This document shows, piece after piece, positions 12,479 to 24,714 of a DNA stretch of 64,000 nucleotides. Under the pieces are notes generated by a model, which made no database searches, was not told the DNA's origin, and saw only the letters and a list, made by a program, of their open reading frames with translations. Location of the stretch: positions 73,594,001-73,658,000 of the forward strand of contig NC_043001.1 in NCBI RefSeq assembly GCF_006345805.1. Direction: 5' to 3'. Made by a program: the position numbers and the translations under genes. The stretch comes from Octopus sinensis (lineage: Eukaryota). How positions within the stretch are numbered: position 1 is the first letter of the stretch; the number at the start of each line of letters is the position of its first letter.

Positions 12479-12698
12479 TTAACCCTTTGCTTGTCCTTTG
12501 TATAACATGGGATACACAGGATTTATTTCTCCGGTGTCCATGTGTCATATATGGTACACATTCTCAATGTTTAGACTTATGAAAGGAAAGCTTTATACTA
12601 CCCAGAACGTATGAGACATAGAATAATTGAAAGTTTAAAAACAATCATGGACGTTTAGAATAACCATATGAAAATGCTTAGGAACAGGCAAAGGATTA
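12479..12698. mobile_element. piggyBac-type MITE, family 3
   Basis: TTAACCCTTTGCTTGT ... ACAGGCAAAGGATTAA terminal inverted repeats. Confidence 0.6.
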
Positions 12699-13144
12699 AT
12701 AGAAAATAAGAGCAAGCATGTATGTGTGTGTGAGATCAACATCTATGAAGAATTAAGTGCATATGTGTGTTTGTAGATAATTATAATACTTTATATAGGT
12801 ATAGCAAAATCTGTAAGCAAGGGTCTTTCTTTGTGAATAGGCACTGGTTTTAAATAGTACTTTGTGAAAGACTGATTCATGAAGGATTCAGTTGAGTAAA
12901 GAAAGACAGAAAAACAAACAGAAGCAAATTAAGATTTTAAGTAAAAAGGGGGATAACTCCGTGTATTTCATGGCAGAAATAACTTTATTCAGCCTTTGGA
13001 AACTACATCCAATATGTGGAGATTTTAACTTTCTCAATGAAGCTTGTGGATGTATTTCAATGACATAACAGAACTATTTCTGCTAAGGTATTTACAATGC
13101 CATGTAGAATCCAGATAAAAATATCGATAATATCTTTGTCATTC

Positions 13145-13340
13145 ACTTGTTTCAGTCAACTGGACTGCAACCATGCTGGGGTACCACCTTGAAGAGTTTA
13201 ATCAAACAAAATGACCCCAGTATTTTTCTTAAAGTCTGATAGTTATCCTATCAGTCTCTTTTGCTGAACCAATAAGCTACATGGACGTAAACAAACCAAC
13301 GCTGGTTGTCAAGTGGAGAAGGGGACAGACACATACATAC

Positions 13341-13394
<54 letters not shown>

Positions 13395-13545
13395 TATATG
13401 ATATATATATATGATGGGCTTCCACACAGTTTCCTTCTATTAAATTCAGTCACATTGTATTGGTCGGTCCAGGATAATAACAGAAGACGCTTGGCTGATG
13501 ATCTATATTGTGGGACTGAACCTGAAACCATGGAGTTGCAAAAAA
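13145..13545 (-). mobile_element. CORE-like SINE with expanded internal (TA)n
   Basis: Reverse complement of the 9943 family; (TA)n at about 13345-13410. Confidence 0.75.
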
Positions 13546-14920
13546 AGGGTACTTGCATTTTGGGAATTAACAACATCCACTCGAACAGTTAATGACATAA
13601 TTTTTGTCACATGTTTACAACGTTGGTTAAATGTTTAGATCAAATTAAAACTTTCTTTTGAACATTTAAAATATCTATAGCCAAGACTTCTTTTAAACCC
13701 CATCCTCCAATTAGAAAAAATTGAATGGGCATAAGAAAAAATAATGTTCCTTTCCTTTTAATAAATAATATTGCTTGATGACTTTTTACATTTTTCCATG
13801 AATACATATCACTGAAGCATTGTTTTGTTTTACAGCTGGATACTCGCCCTGTTGCTCACCCTTGTTTCTGAAAAAAGGGAGATCTCATTCTAATTGTCTT
13901 TGAAAGCACAGATTTGTTAATAAGGATATGTCAATAAATGTTGTCCATGGCTCAGTGAGTTTTTTTGTGGTGTTGTGTGTGTGTGTGCGTGCACACACAC
14001 AAATGCTTTTTTAGTTATTTTATATAAAACCAAAACAAAGCAAGTTATTAAAAATTAATAGTATGGCTTAAAGGTTTGTACTTTTAACTAGTATTTCAAT
14101 ATTTTGGGGACAGGACTGCTTCTTCAGAGAAAAACTTTTATTAACTAACTTCTCTGTTCCGCTGTATATATGTATGAAGGGTTGTTTTGAGTTGCTATAT
14201 TTGCTACTGTTGCAACACAAAACAACTTTTCACAGATACACACTACAGAACAGAGAAGTCAACTAACAAAACGTTTCTTCTGTAAATTTCCTGAAGAAGG
14301 GCTCCTATTCTCAAAATATTGAAATACCAAGTAAAAGTGCAAACCATTGACTTGTATTATTAATTTTTAATAACATGCAATGTTTTTAGCTTTGAAAAAA
14401 GTAATTAAAAACATTTATATGACAATGCTTCAGAAAATTATATATATATATAATTATATATGCATGTTCATGTGTTTTATACAGATTCCATGAATCAAAC
14501 TTTCTCACAAGCCATTGGTCAGTCCAGGGTTATAGTATTTAATACTTTGCCAAAAGGACCATGTAGAGGGGCTGCATGTTATGATCATAGGTAGTGTAAA
14601 GATGAAGATAGTATCTAAGACTCAAGTTTTCCACATACAATACAATACAGCAAAAAAGAAAAAAAAAGTTATAAATGCAATATAACATTTTCCCCATGTT
14701 GTCATGGATGGATTGTCTATGTTTTGGGGTTGCTGTTACAAATACAGACATGTGAATATTGTAGCAAGAATCTACCAGCACCAGCAAGATTATCTTCCCA
14801 TTGCTAAAAGTTCAATTTATGATGGAGTGAAGCCTGTGACACCTAGAGTTGCACCTTGCCAAGGCTTGAACCAATAAGGATACTGTCAGTAGTCAGGTTT
14901 ACACTATATATATATATATA

Positions 14921-14982
<62 letters not shown>

Positions 14983-15034
14983 TACATTCGCCATGATAGA
15001 TCGCTAGCCACTACACATTCTTTATTTTCACTCC

Positions 15035-15175
15035 CTGTTTCTTTCTGTGTTCCTTTCTGTGGAAGAGCGTAGGCTCAAAATATTAAAGACTTTTTCACTT
15101 CCCGAGCGTTAAACTAATACATCTGCTTGTTGTCTACATCACCCATCTTCATCTTTTGTTTTTTGTGAATTCTCC
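15035..15175 (+). mobile_element. Penelope-like terminal-repeat relic with degenerate hammerhead
   Basis: cttt-CTGTGGA-A-GAGC-gtag-GCTC-AAAAT-ATT-aaag: stems I and II intact, core mutated. Confidence 0.5.
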
Positions 15176-15190
15176 CTATATATATATATA

Positions 15191-15240
<50 letters not shown>

Positions 15241-15259
15241 GCGTATACATATATCATCA

Positions 15260-15540
15260 TCATCATCATTATTTAATGTCTGTTTTCCATACTGGCCTAG
15301 GCTGGACAATTTGACAGGAGCAGGTAAGCCAAAGGACTGCACCAAGCTCCACTGTCTATTTTGGTTTTTACAGTTGGATGCCCTTCCTAATGCCAACCTC
15401 TTTACAGAGTGAACTGGGTGCTTTTGGCATGACACCAGTACTGGTGAGATCTGTTTTGGCATGGTTTTTATGGCAGGATGCCCTTCCTAATGCCAACCAT
15501 ATTACAGAGTGGGCTGGGTGCTTTTTACGTGGCACCAGTA
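15260..15540 (-). mobile_element. RTE LINE 3' tail fragment
   Basis: (CAT)n then two ggatgcccttcctaatgccaacc blocks. Confidence 0.75.
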
Positions 15541-15586
15541 TACAACTATATATATATATATAATTCTATACCTACATAAATCAATC

Positions 15587-15617
<31 letters not shown>

Positions 15618-15699
15618 ATAATTCTATACCCACATAGTTTGTCATAGTTATGGGGTTTGCATATCCCAGGGACCCTGAGAGTTATGCTGGTAAGAGTTT

Positions 15700-18230
15700 T
15701 AAGTCCCAGATAGATTAAAGTGCAGAGGTTTGATAAAGAGCAATCTCCTGATTACACTAAGTAGGGATTGGTCACATGACTAATTTTCAAGTCTGGTCAA
15801 AATACCTTTGTTGAAGGAACAGCAACAAAGGGAAATAACACAACTATATGTGATGTACTTTCAGAGTCACTGGAAGATACATGTATGAATGAAAGAAGGG
15901 AAAGCTGCAAGAAAGCTATTGACAGGAAGAGAAAAAAAAGTCCTCAGCGTAAACTGCAAGACAAGAACAGGATTCTGGAATGTGTGAATTATATCTTGAA
16001 ACAAGAAAACTGGCTCAAGTTTTATCAGAGATGAGATGTCAATGGAGTAAGTGAGATATAATCAATGCAAGAAAAATAGTGATGTACTCAGGAATAAACT
16101 CCGCAACCAACTACAAATAGGTTGACAGGATTTTCTTCCTGTTGATAACTCCCTTTCGGTTTTGTCTCCTACTATTCATACATGAAGTGGAGGCACATGG
16201 CTTAGTGGTTAGGACATTGGACTCGTGATCATAAGACTGTGGTTTCGATTCCTGGATTGGACGACGTGTTGTGTACTTGAGCAAAACACTTTATTTCCAG
16301 TCCACTCAGCAGTAGAAAATGAGTTTAGCCTGGAGAGGGATGGGCTCTGCCAGGTTTTCTCTGCCAAGCTGCAGTGCCCCAACAACCCCCAAGAGGTTAA
16401 GGAACATATCAACTGTCAATTCATACATGTGTCTTACAGTGACTCTCAAAGCCTTTGTCCTTAAAAGGGGGACAAAAAAGTGCTTGATGGAATGTAAATC
16501 TATCAACAGTAAATTCCTGAAAATCAGAATCCGAGGCAAAGAGATCAATATTGCTATCATCTGATGCTATGTTTCAACAAACAACAGTGGTAAAGAAACT
16601 AAGAAAGCATTCTATGACTAGCTACAAGCAGAATTGTAACTCACTCTGTGACACAATCTGAAGCTTGTAATGGGCAACTTAAATGCAAAGGTAGGCAACG
16701 GCAATACACATAATGAAAGCGCTATAGGAAGAAACATTTGTAGCACTATAAATAATGATGGAGAGAGGCTACTGGAACTTGATATTACTGGATGGAATGC
16801 CAGTCTGTTGTAGGCTTAACTCTTTACCACATCATCATATTTACAAGGTGAACTCGTGTTCCTCTAACAGAAGAAACAAAAATCAGATTGATCCTCTAAT
16901 GATCAACAGCCCCTAAAATTGGTCATATATTGGTCATGCACTGGTACTGTTAGAGTGAACAAGAGAAGTTCATAGCAACAACCACTTGGTTACAATAGCT
17001 GACACTGAACTAGAAACTAAGGAGATCATGGTGAAATAACTTTAATAAGAAGTATACTTTTGCCCTCCTATTGTACAGCAGATTGTGGGCTCTGGCTGAT
17101 ATGGAAAGTCAGATGCAGTCAGACCCAGAAGAAGTCAACACTAAATAGAAACAAAACAGAATGACATGGTTCTGAACCCAACGCAGCTTGTTGGAGTACA
17201 AACAGAAAAGGAGAAAGTGGAAGATGAGAGCAGACACAGGGTATCTCACAGGCATGAAGAAGTTCTTAGAGATCAAGTCAAAGAGTGTTTGAGAGAAATG
17301 CAAACTGCTGTACAAGGAGGTTGAGGAACAAAGGAAGATGATGGTAATAGTGGACAAATGAATTTCTGCAGACAGAGCTGCTAGCTGAGCAGAAAATGCA
17401 ACCAGGATGAGATGCAAGGGGAGGTATATAAGATCATCAAACCTGTCCTTCACATTAAAAGGTTATAATAACTTTATGCATAAAGTGGGTAATAGTTACT
17501 GGAGTAAAGCAGAGTTTCGTGATGTTATAGCTGCTGCTTAATATATTCAGACTGGGTGATGGAGCAAACAACTGATAACCAACCAAGAGGCATCTCATGA
17601 ACCCACTTTAAAACACTGGCAGGTTTTGACCTCACGGATGACCTTGTACTTATGCCCCCCCCCCCCCGTACCTATGGGAAAAAAAATCGACAGGTTTAGA
17701 AACTTTGAATAGTAAATTAGGAATGAAAAATCACCCAGAAGAAGACAGTGGTAGTAACAATAAACACCTCAAATCCCTCATCAATCACAGTAGGTTTACC
17801 CACAAGAAGGGTTCACTTATTTCAACAGTGTTCTCAGATATGACGGAAGACATCAAAAAATGTCTCAGCAAGGTAAAAAACACCTTCAAAAGATTGAATA
17901 ATATATGGCAGTCCATTTCATCAACACCAAGCTGAGATTATATCAGAGTGGAGTTGGAGTATGAAAGTGACTTCATCAAGCTCTCTACCTTCCACACTGA
18001 GAAGATTAGAATATTGAGAGTCTTCAGGCTTAACACTATCTCCAATCAATTATTCATCCAAAATAGACAAGGAAACAGGAAAACCATTATCATAAGTGGA
18101 CAACATCATGAGTGGACTACTGTTTACTGGATGACAGAAGGGAGAGAGGAAGGTCCCAGAATATCTGATACCTAAAAGTAGAGAGTTGAAGACTATGAAC
18201 CACACATAGGAAACTATTTTGAAGTTTGTC
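15700..18230 (+). mobile_element. Highly degraded RTE/BovB-like LINE (APE endonuclease plus RT remnants)
   Basis: KCLMECKSINSKFLKIRIRG..CYVSTNN..VMGNLNAKVG (APE); DLTDDLVL and FTHKKGSLIS..DIKKCLSKVKNTFKRLNNIWQS (RT); many stops and frameshifts. Confidence 0.75.
16185..16418 (+). mobile_element. tRNA-headed SINE inserted into the LINE endonuclease region
   Basis: Head gtggaggcacatggcttagtggttagg..ggtttcgattcc; flanked by 11-bp direct repeat ATTCATACATG (16174-16184, 16419-16429). Confidence 0.8.
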
Positions 18231-19398
18231 TAGAATGAGCACTTGTGGTGAACCTTTATTGCTGCTAGTAGAACAAGAATGAGTGCGAGATTAATTATAC
18301 CTAAAGGTTTGTTGTGGTTGATATTAGTGAACCACACTCAACAGTGTTTGAAATAAATTTATTGAGAAAAGTATTTGGGCTTCATGTATGAAATCAGCGG
18401 ACTAACTGCAGAAATTTTTTAGGTGTAAGGAAATAATTCAGTTTGCCTACACACAAGTACAGCAGACTATATTTGGGTTATATATATTGTTTATTAGTAA
18501 AGGTTTGTTAGATATTATAATTGTTTGTGTACATATGTTGTTTTATAACACAGGTGTGTAATAAGAATTTTTGTGTTTGTGCATGGAAAACACAAACAAA
18601 TAACATAATATATATATATACATTTAATTATATGAGTGTGCATATATATATATATGTATGTATATATACATACACACACACACATACACAATTTAATCAT
18701 ATATATGTACACAGATATACATATATATAATTACATATAATTCTCTCTCTATATATATATGTATATACATACACACAATTTAATCATATATATAAATGTA
18801 TGCACACACATATACATACATCATCATCACCATCATTTAACGTCCGCTTATAATTATATACAATTCAAAGCATAAGATTAGGACATTTTAGAGTATTTCT
18901 AATTTGATGTTACATATGTTTCATTACGGGATATGAATAACAAGTCATAAATGTTTCTTCAACATGTATTCCTTTGAAACTCCTATTGTGTAATGAAACA
19001 TGTGTAACATAGAATTGTAAATATACAAAATTTTTGCAGTCTTTTATAAAAATTTCAAATGCTATATAAGTCTGATTCAAAATAAAACATCTACATACAT
19101 TCAATTGATTGTTTTGAACATGCAGATGTGCTTCATGAGGACACAACTTGGATTATATATATATAATTCAATATAAAAAATAAGAAAGACTGAAAATGGA
19201 ATTCACAAGACTCTTTATTCAGAACCAGTATGTTCATTTAGACACATCATGCACTGGTACTTTAGAGTATTTATTTTTTAAGCCTGGCACTTATTCTATC
19301 AGTCTCTCTTGCCGAACTGCTAAGTTACAGGAACACAAACACACCAACACCAGTTGTCAAGAAGTGGGCGGGGGGAGGGGGACAAACGCAGACACACA

Positions 19399-20300
19399 TT
19401 GGGTCATCCCATAAATAATGTGGTCTTTTTATACTTCTTTTGTTTTTTAAAATGAGGATAAAGTTGTTTTTTTTAAATCTAAAATATACTCTCCTTCATT
19501 TTCTAGAATGCTCTTCCAAAATTCACTTGTACATGACAAAAAATACTCCTCCAGTACTGTTCTGACCTCATCTACAGAATTCATATTTTTTCCATCCAAA
19601 TGATCTTAAAGACTATGGAATAAATGATAATCAGATGGGGCAATATCTGGTGAACATGGTGGGTGTGGCATCATTTCCCAGTCAAACTGTTCCAGCCTTT
19701 GGAATGTCAGCCTTGTTGTATGTGGTTGACCATTATCCTGATGGAAGAACACCTTTCATCCTGAAACCGAAGATGGTCATTTTTCATCTAGTGCATGTGT
19801 CGATGAATGGTTGAATGACCAAATCCAAGCTTCTCTGCTAGTTTCTCAACAGTTATGATAGGATTTTGTTCCACCAGAGTTTGCAGGATGTCCTTGTCAA
19901 ACACTACAGATCTTCCAGGATGAGGTTCATCTTCTAGGCTGTAGTTTCCAGCTTGAAATTTATGAAACCACCGTTGACACTGGCTTATGCTTATTGTCCA
20001 ATCCCCATATAGTGCATTAATATTCCTTGCATGTTCCATTGTGCTGTTGCTTTTACTGAACTCATAAAGCAAAATGTGCCAAATATGCTCCCTTGTCACT
20101 TCTATTATAGCTTTGAAAAAATAACTGTTAAAATCGAACTGCACTCTTCAAAACTTGCACTAAGGATAAAAACATGATAAAATTACTATCTGCTTTTACA
20201 GCAATTTGATGCAGGTAGTTTACAGCAATTTAATGCAGAACTACGTAGTTAGGAAGCAAGCTTCTTATCATACAGCCACGACTATAGAAATAAGTGTAAT
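19399..20300 (-). mobile_element. Mariner (D,D34D-type) transposon relic, internally deleted, one TIR visible
   Basis: HTH region REHIWHILLYEF..QCQRWFHKFQAGNYSLEDEPHPGR..EKLAEKLGFGHSTIHRH joined to FHQDNGQPH..HPPCSPDIAPSDYHLF; TIR ttgggtcatcccataaataatg at 19399. Confidence 0.9.
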
Positions 20301-20471
20301 GACAAATAAAAAATGAGGTACTTTTTGAAAAGTCACCTGAAGAGATGCATCTGCACCTAAAATGCATGACAATTGCTTCTATAGTATCTCACCTGTAGAG
20401 TGCTGGTGCATGATGGGTCAAAACGGTTGTAGTGGTTCTGAATAAAGAGTCTCATGAATTCCATTTTCTGT

Positions 20472-20527
20472 CATTGATTTTATATATATATATATATATA
20501 TAATATATATATATACATACATACATA

Positions 20528-20559
<32 letters not shown>

Positions 20560-20718
20560 CATATATATATATACATACATACATATATATATATATACAT
20601 ACATATATATATATACATACATATATACATACATAATATATATATATATACATACATATATATATACATACATATATATATACATACACATATATATACA
20701 TACATATATATATATTAT

Positions 20719-20754
<36 letters not shown>

Positions 20755-20755
20755 C
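20472..20755. repeat. Compound (TA)n/(TACA)n microsatellite, about 280 bp
   Basis: Read directly; source of the spurious [10 protein letters not shown] ORFs. Confidence 0.95.
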
Positions 20756-20838
20756 AAGATATGGAGGGTTGCATTTACAACCCCTATCTCAATTTGGCCA
20801 CAGCTCGTGAGCTGAAACTAGAATCAATCAATCAATCA

Positions 20839-20908
<70 letters not shown>

Positions 20909-20910
<2 letters not shown>

Positions 20911-21025
20911 GATGAGTGCTCAGCATTTTAAATCTGTTGTAATACTTACAACATTTAATAAAATGTTGTAGTATACGAAACGATCGCACCAAATTACCGG
21001 AGTCATTCTTGTTGCTTATTTTGAG
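20909..21025 (+). mobile_element. Penelope-like relic with long-stem-II hammerhead-like fold
   Basis: aTGATGA-g..61-nt hairpin..c-GAAAC-GATC-GCA-ccaaatt; related sequence in opposite orientation at about 49275-49310. Confidence 0.5.
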
Positions 21026-21795
21026 TATATATATATATACATACATATATATGTATGTATGTATATATACATATATATATATATATGTGTATATAGTAAA
21101 TCCCAAAAAGAACAAACACAAAAAAACAACGCGAAGATGTGGTACATGTAATGTATTAGCAGACGCTCAGGAAAGGAAAGAAATGCATGTATGTGTGTGT
21201 GTATGTGTCTGCGTGTGTGTCTGTGCATATGTAATACACACACACACATTTTATTGTATATATGTCATGAAATGTAACAATACAAAATACAAAAATATAA
21301 TTTTTACTGCTAACATGATTTGAATTAGGCACATAACATTGACTTTCTTGAATATTTAAAATAAAATCTATATAACAACTAAATATATCAAAACCAAATA
21401 TGCCTCCCAAATTAAATACTTGATTAAATAATTGTAAAGCAAACACTTCAATTAATGAAATGTAATTGTCAACAGGTTGATAAAGGTAAATAAAATAAAA
21501 TTTAAAAAATTGAAAAACAAGCAATAAGAAACAGTAATTTCACTGTCTTGACAAACTTATTTATCACACAACCATAAATGTAAATACACACACATTGTTA
21601 TTTTATAAGAATTCTGAGAGAGTGAGAAATAATTCTTTTCTGGAATATCTTGAAGTGTTTACATAAAGATATAAATAACATACATAAAGTCGAAGGAAGC
21701 ATTCAACTTTTTCTATCCAGAAGGATTTTCCAACCCAATATTTTCATGATTCATGTGTGCTTCATGAGATTCCCCAAAAGAATATACATATATAG

Positions 21796-21828
<33 letters not shown>

Positions 21829-21872
21829 AGCATGAACTTTTTTTCCTTGTAAGTTTGGATTTTATTCCCTCA

Positions 21873-22151
21873 AATAATAATAAGGGCCGGTTTCCCGGTT
21901 TCCTTGGCGTATAGGTTCCCCACTTGGATGGGACGCTGGTCTGTTGCAGATGAGCGGCAAGATGCAGGAGGAAAGAGTGAGAGAAAGTTGTGGCAAAAGA
22001 GTCAGCAGGAGTTCGCCATTACCTTCTGCTGGAGCTACATGGAGCTTAGGTATTTTGCTCATAAACATACACATTGCCTAATCTGAGATTTGAACCTGTG
22101 ATCCCTCAACCGCGAGTCCGCTGCTCTAACCACTAGGCCATGTGCCTCCAC
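21873..22151 (-). mobile_element. Full-length tRNA-derived SINE with (TTA)n tail
   Basis: Head gtggaggcacatggcctagtggttagagcagcggactcgcgg..ggttcaaatc; tail ggaaaccgggaaaccggcccttattatta. Confidence 0.85.
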
Positions 22152-22447
22152 TATATATATATATATATAAAAATGTCTGTATGTATAATAGATGTGTGTG
22201 TGTGTGTATATGTAAATATATATGTATATGTGTGTGAGTATTTGTGTGTGTAGAACACAACAAAACCTCAATTAGAAATAAAGAAATCACTGGATAATGA
22301 TGAATATGATAAATATATAGCAGCAAGTGTGATTAAAACGAAGGCAATGTAGATGACGCGTCCAGCGGCATTAAAGGGCATATGCTGACGGATATACTTT
22401 AAAGCCAGTTTGTTTTCATTAGTGTGGAACGTGATGACAATACTCAC

Positions 22448-22545
22448 CAGGAATGCGAAAGCATCCGCAGCAATGAGCATATAGAAGACATAATTCCAGT
22501 TCCGTTGTGACAAGATCCCTGTTAATAATGGACCCAGAGCAGCAC
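22448..22545 (-). CDS. SLC37A2: SLC37A2-like coding exon l (98 nt): AALGPLLTGILSQRNWNYVFYMLIAADAFAFL
   Basis: Acceptor tattacctag, donor CTG|gtgagt; GAALGPLL and W..VFYML motifs. Confidence 0.96.
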
Positions 22546-22629
22546 CTAGGTAATAGATGAAATACAGTACAGTGTAATGAACATACATGTGCATGTATGT
22601 ATGTGTATATATATATATATATATTTATA

Positions 22630-23869
22630 CAGGGGTTGGACAAAATAATGGAAACACCCACCATCATAGCATCATAATTTTGAAATATCTATAAAACCGT
22701 CAAAAGCTTGTTTATTTTTACGTTTTTTGATTTATTATTAGTGTTGCTTAATATGTTGCTAAAATTGCTGTTTCTTTTCAGATATCATCAGTAAAAAGGA
22801 AATTAAAATTCATTAAAATGACAGATCTATCAGACTTTCAAAGAGGTGCTCGTATGGCAGGCGCCAGCGTAATGAAAATAGCCAAAATGTTAGGTGCATC
22901 AAGAAGTACTGTCTTGAAAGTAATGACAGCCTTTGAGAAAGAGGAAAAAACCTCCTCGTCAAAACAAAACTCCGGAAGAAAACCAAAACTTTCAGATAGG
23001 GACTGTTGGACTCATGTGAATTGTTAGAAAGGATCACAACAGTACAGCTCCCAAAATTACTTGAGAATCCGGTTTCCACAAAAACTGTTCACTGGGAGCT
23101 GCTCAAAGCTGGATTTCATGGGAGGGCTGCAAACAGAAAACCACTACTTTCAAAAACAAATGTTGTAAAGCGTTTAGAGTGGAATAAAAACCTACAGAAT
23201 TAGTCCCTATAGTAGTGGAAGAATGTTATTTTCTCAGACAAGTCATCCTTTACCCTATTTCCGACCACTGGCCAAGTATATGTGTGGAGACAGCTAAAAG
23301 AAGCATTTGACCCAGAGTTCCTTCTTCCACCCGTTAAACATGGAGGAGGATCTGTGATGATCGGGGTGGGGGGGGGGTGTCATATCTTGGAAATCTGCTG
23401 ATTTTCCTTCAGGGAAGAATTAATAGTCAAGACTATTTAAGCATTTTATCTGATCAAATTCATCCTATGGTTGCAGAACTCTTTCCGGAGGGAAACGCAG
23501 TCTTTCAGGATGATAATGCACCAATTCACAGAGCTAAAGTTGTTACGGAATGGCATGAGGAACATTCTAGTGAAGTTGAACATCTTATTTGGCCACCACA
23601 GTCCCCAGATCTCAATATTATTGAACATTTATGGTGCATTTTAGGAAAACAAGTAAGGAGTTGATATCCTCCACCATCATCACTACAACAACTGGAAACT
23701 GTTTCAGCTGAAGAATGAACAAAAATTCTTTTCGAAACAATTCAAACTTTGTATGAGTCCATATCTCATAGAATTCAAGCTGTGATTACTGCCAAAGGTG
23801 GTCTTACTCCATATTAAAATTAATTTGTTTGAAATTTTAAGGTGTTTCCATTGTTTTGTACAACCCCTG
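22630..23869 (+). mobile_element. Tc1-superfamily transposon, both TIRs present, defective transposase with DD36E spacing
   Basis: 29-bp TIRs CAGGGGTTGGACAAAATAATGGAAACACC / CAGGGGTTGTACAAAACAATGGAAACACC, TA on both sides, 1240 bp; GRKPKL, VIFSDKSSF, KHGGGSVM, FQDDNAPIH..WPPQSPDLNIIE; frameshifts and stops. Confidence 0.95.
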
Positions 23870-24714
23870 TATATATGTATGGCAATGAGTCAAAAAAGAA
23901 GACAATCCAAGAAGGGCCAGTTTTAACAAATGTTTTAGTTTAATGCTTGAAAAGAAGGGAGTGAGTCTTGATATTTTGGATGCTAGCCCTTCATCAAAAG
24001 AAATAAAAGAAAAGGAAAATATAAAGGAGAAAAGGTGGTGGGAGAGAAAAAAAATTGTTTACAGTCAGGTGGAAATGTGGTTCTATGGGGGTGAATTAAG
24101 AAGGGAGGAGGTGGTGTGGGGTGTGCATGTATAGGAGGATATCCATGAATAGAAATGAGCATGGGGGAGTTGTGTGTGTGTGTATGTATAGTAGTACAGG
24201 GTACTTGTGGTTTCTTGGGATGTGTGTAGGCATGCACATGTGGGAGTGTAGTGGCATGGAATAATGGAGGTATGGGGGGGATAGTGTGTAGGCATAATTA
24301 TGTCGGATGATTAAAATGTGTACTTCATTGAATGCATGAATATGATTTGGTGACTGACTCACCTTTGACAGGAATTGAACTCAAAGGTGAAGGGATGTGA
24401 CTAAATACCACAAGGTATATTTTGGTTGCTACTCAACTAATTCTAATAGTCCACAAAGAACAGCAAAAATTCAAAGCAATGATGTACGTATTCATTCTTA
24501 ATATATTCAAGCAGATTCAAATGAGAATAGAATATGCTAAATACTGGTGCATTTTGTCTATGGGGAACAATTTCTTTCAGACTATGTGTGTTTATGATAC
24601 ACTTGATTCATTGAGATAATGGAATTTTGAGATATTGTAGTGTTTCAAGCTGGTTGTTTCTTCAGTCAAAGATACCCTGGACCAGTGAATCTAAACAAAA
24701 ACTGAGACTCTTGT

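Noticed and set aside
13837-13892. Candidate terminal exon (..TRVSNRASIQL*) or 8-nt microexon after cccttttttcag
   Set aside because: The best acceptor gives the wrong phase, there is no homology, and a clearly homologous terminal exon exists at 11737-11799.
20418-21323. ORFs rich in YI/MY/CV/ER repeats here and across the window
   Set aside because: Translations of (TA)n, (TG)n and (GA)n microsatellites, which lack stops in some frames.
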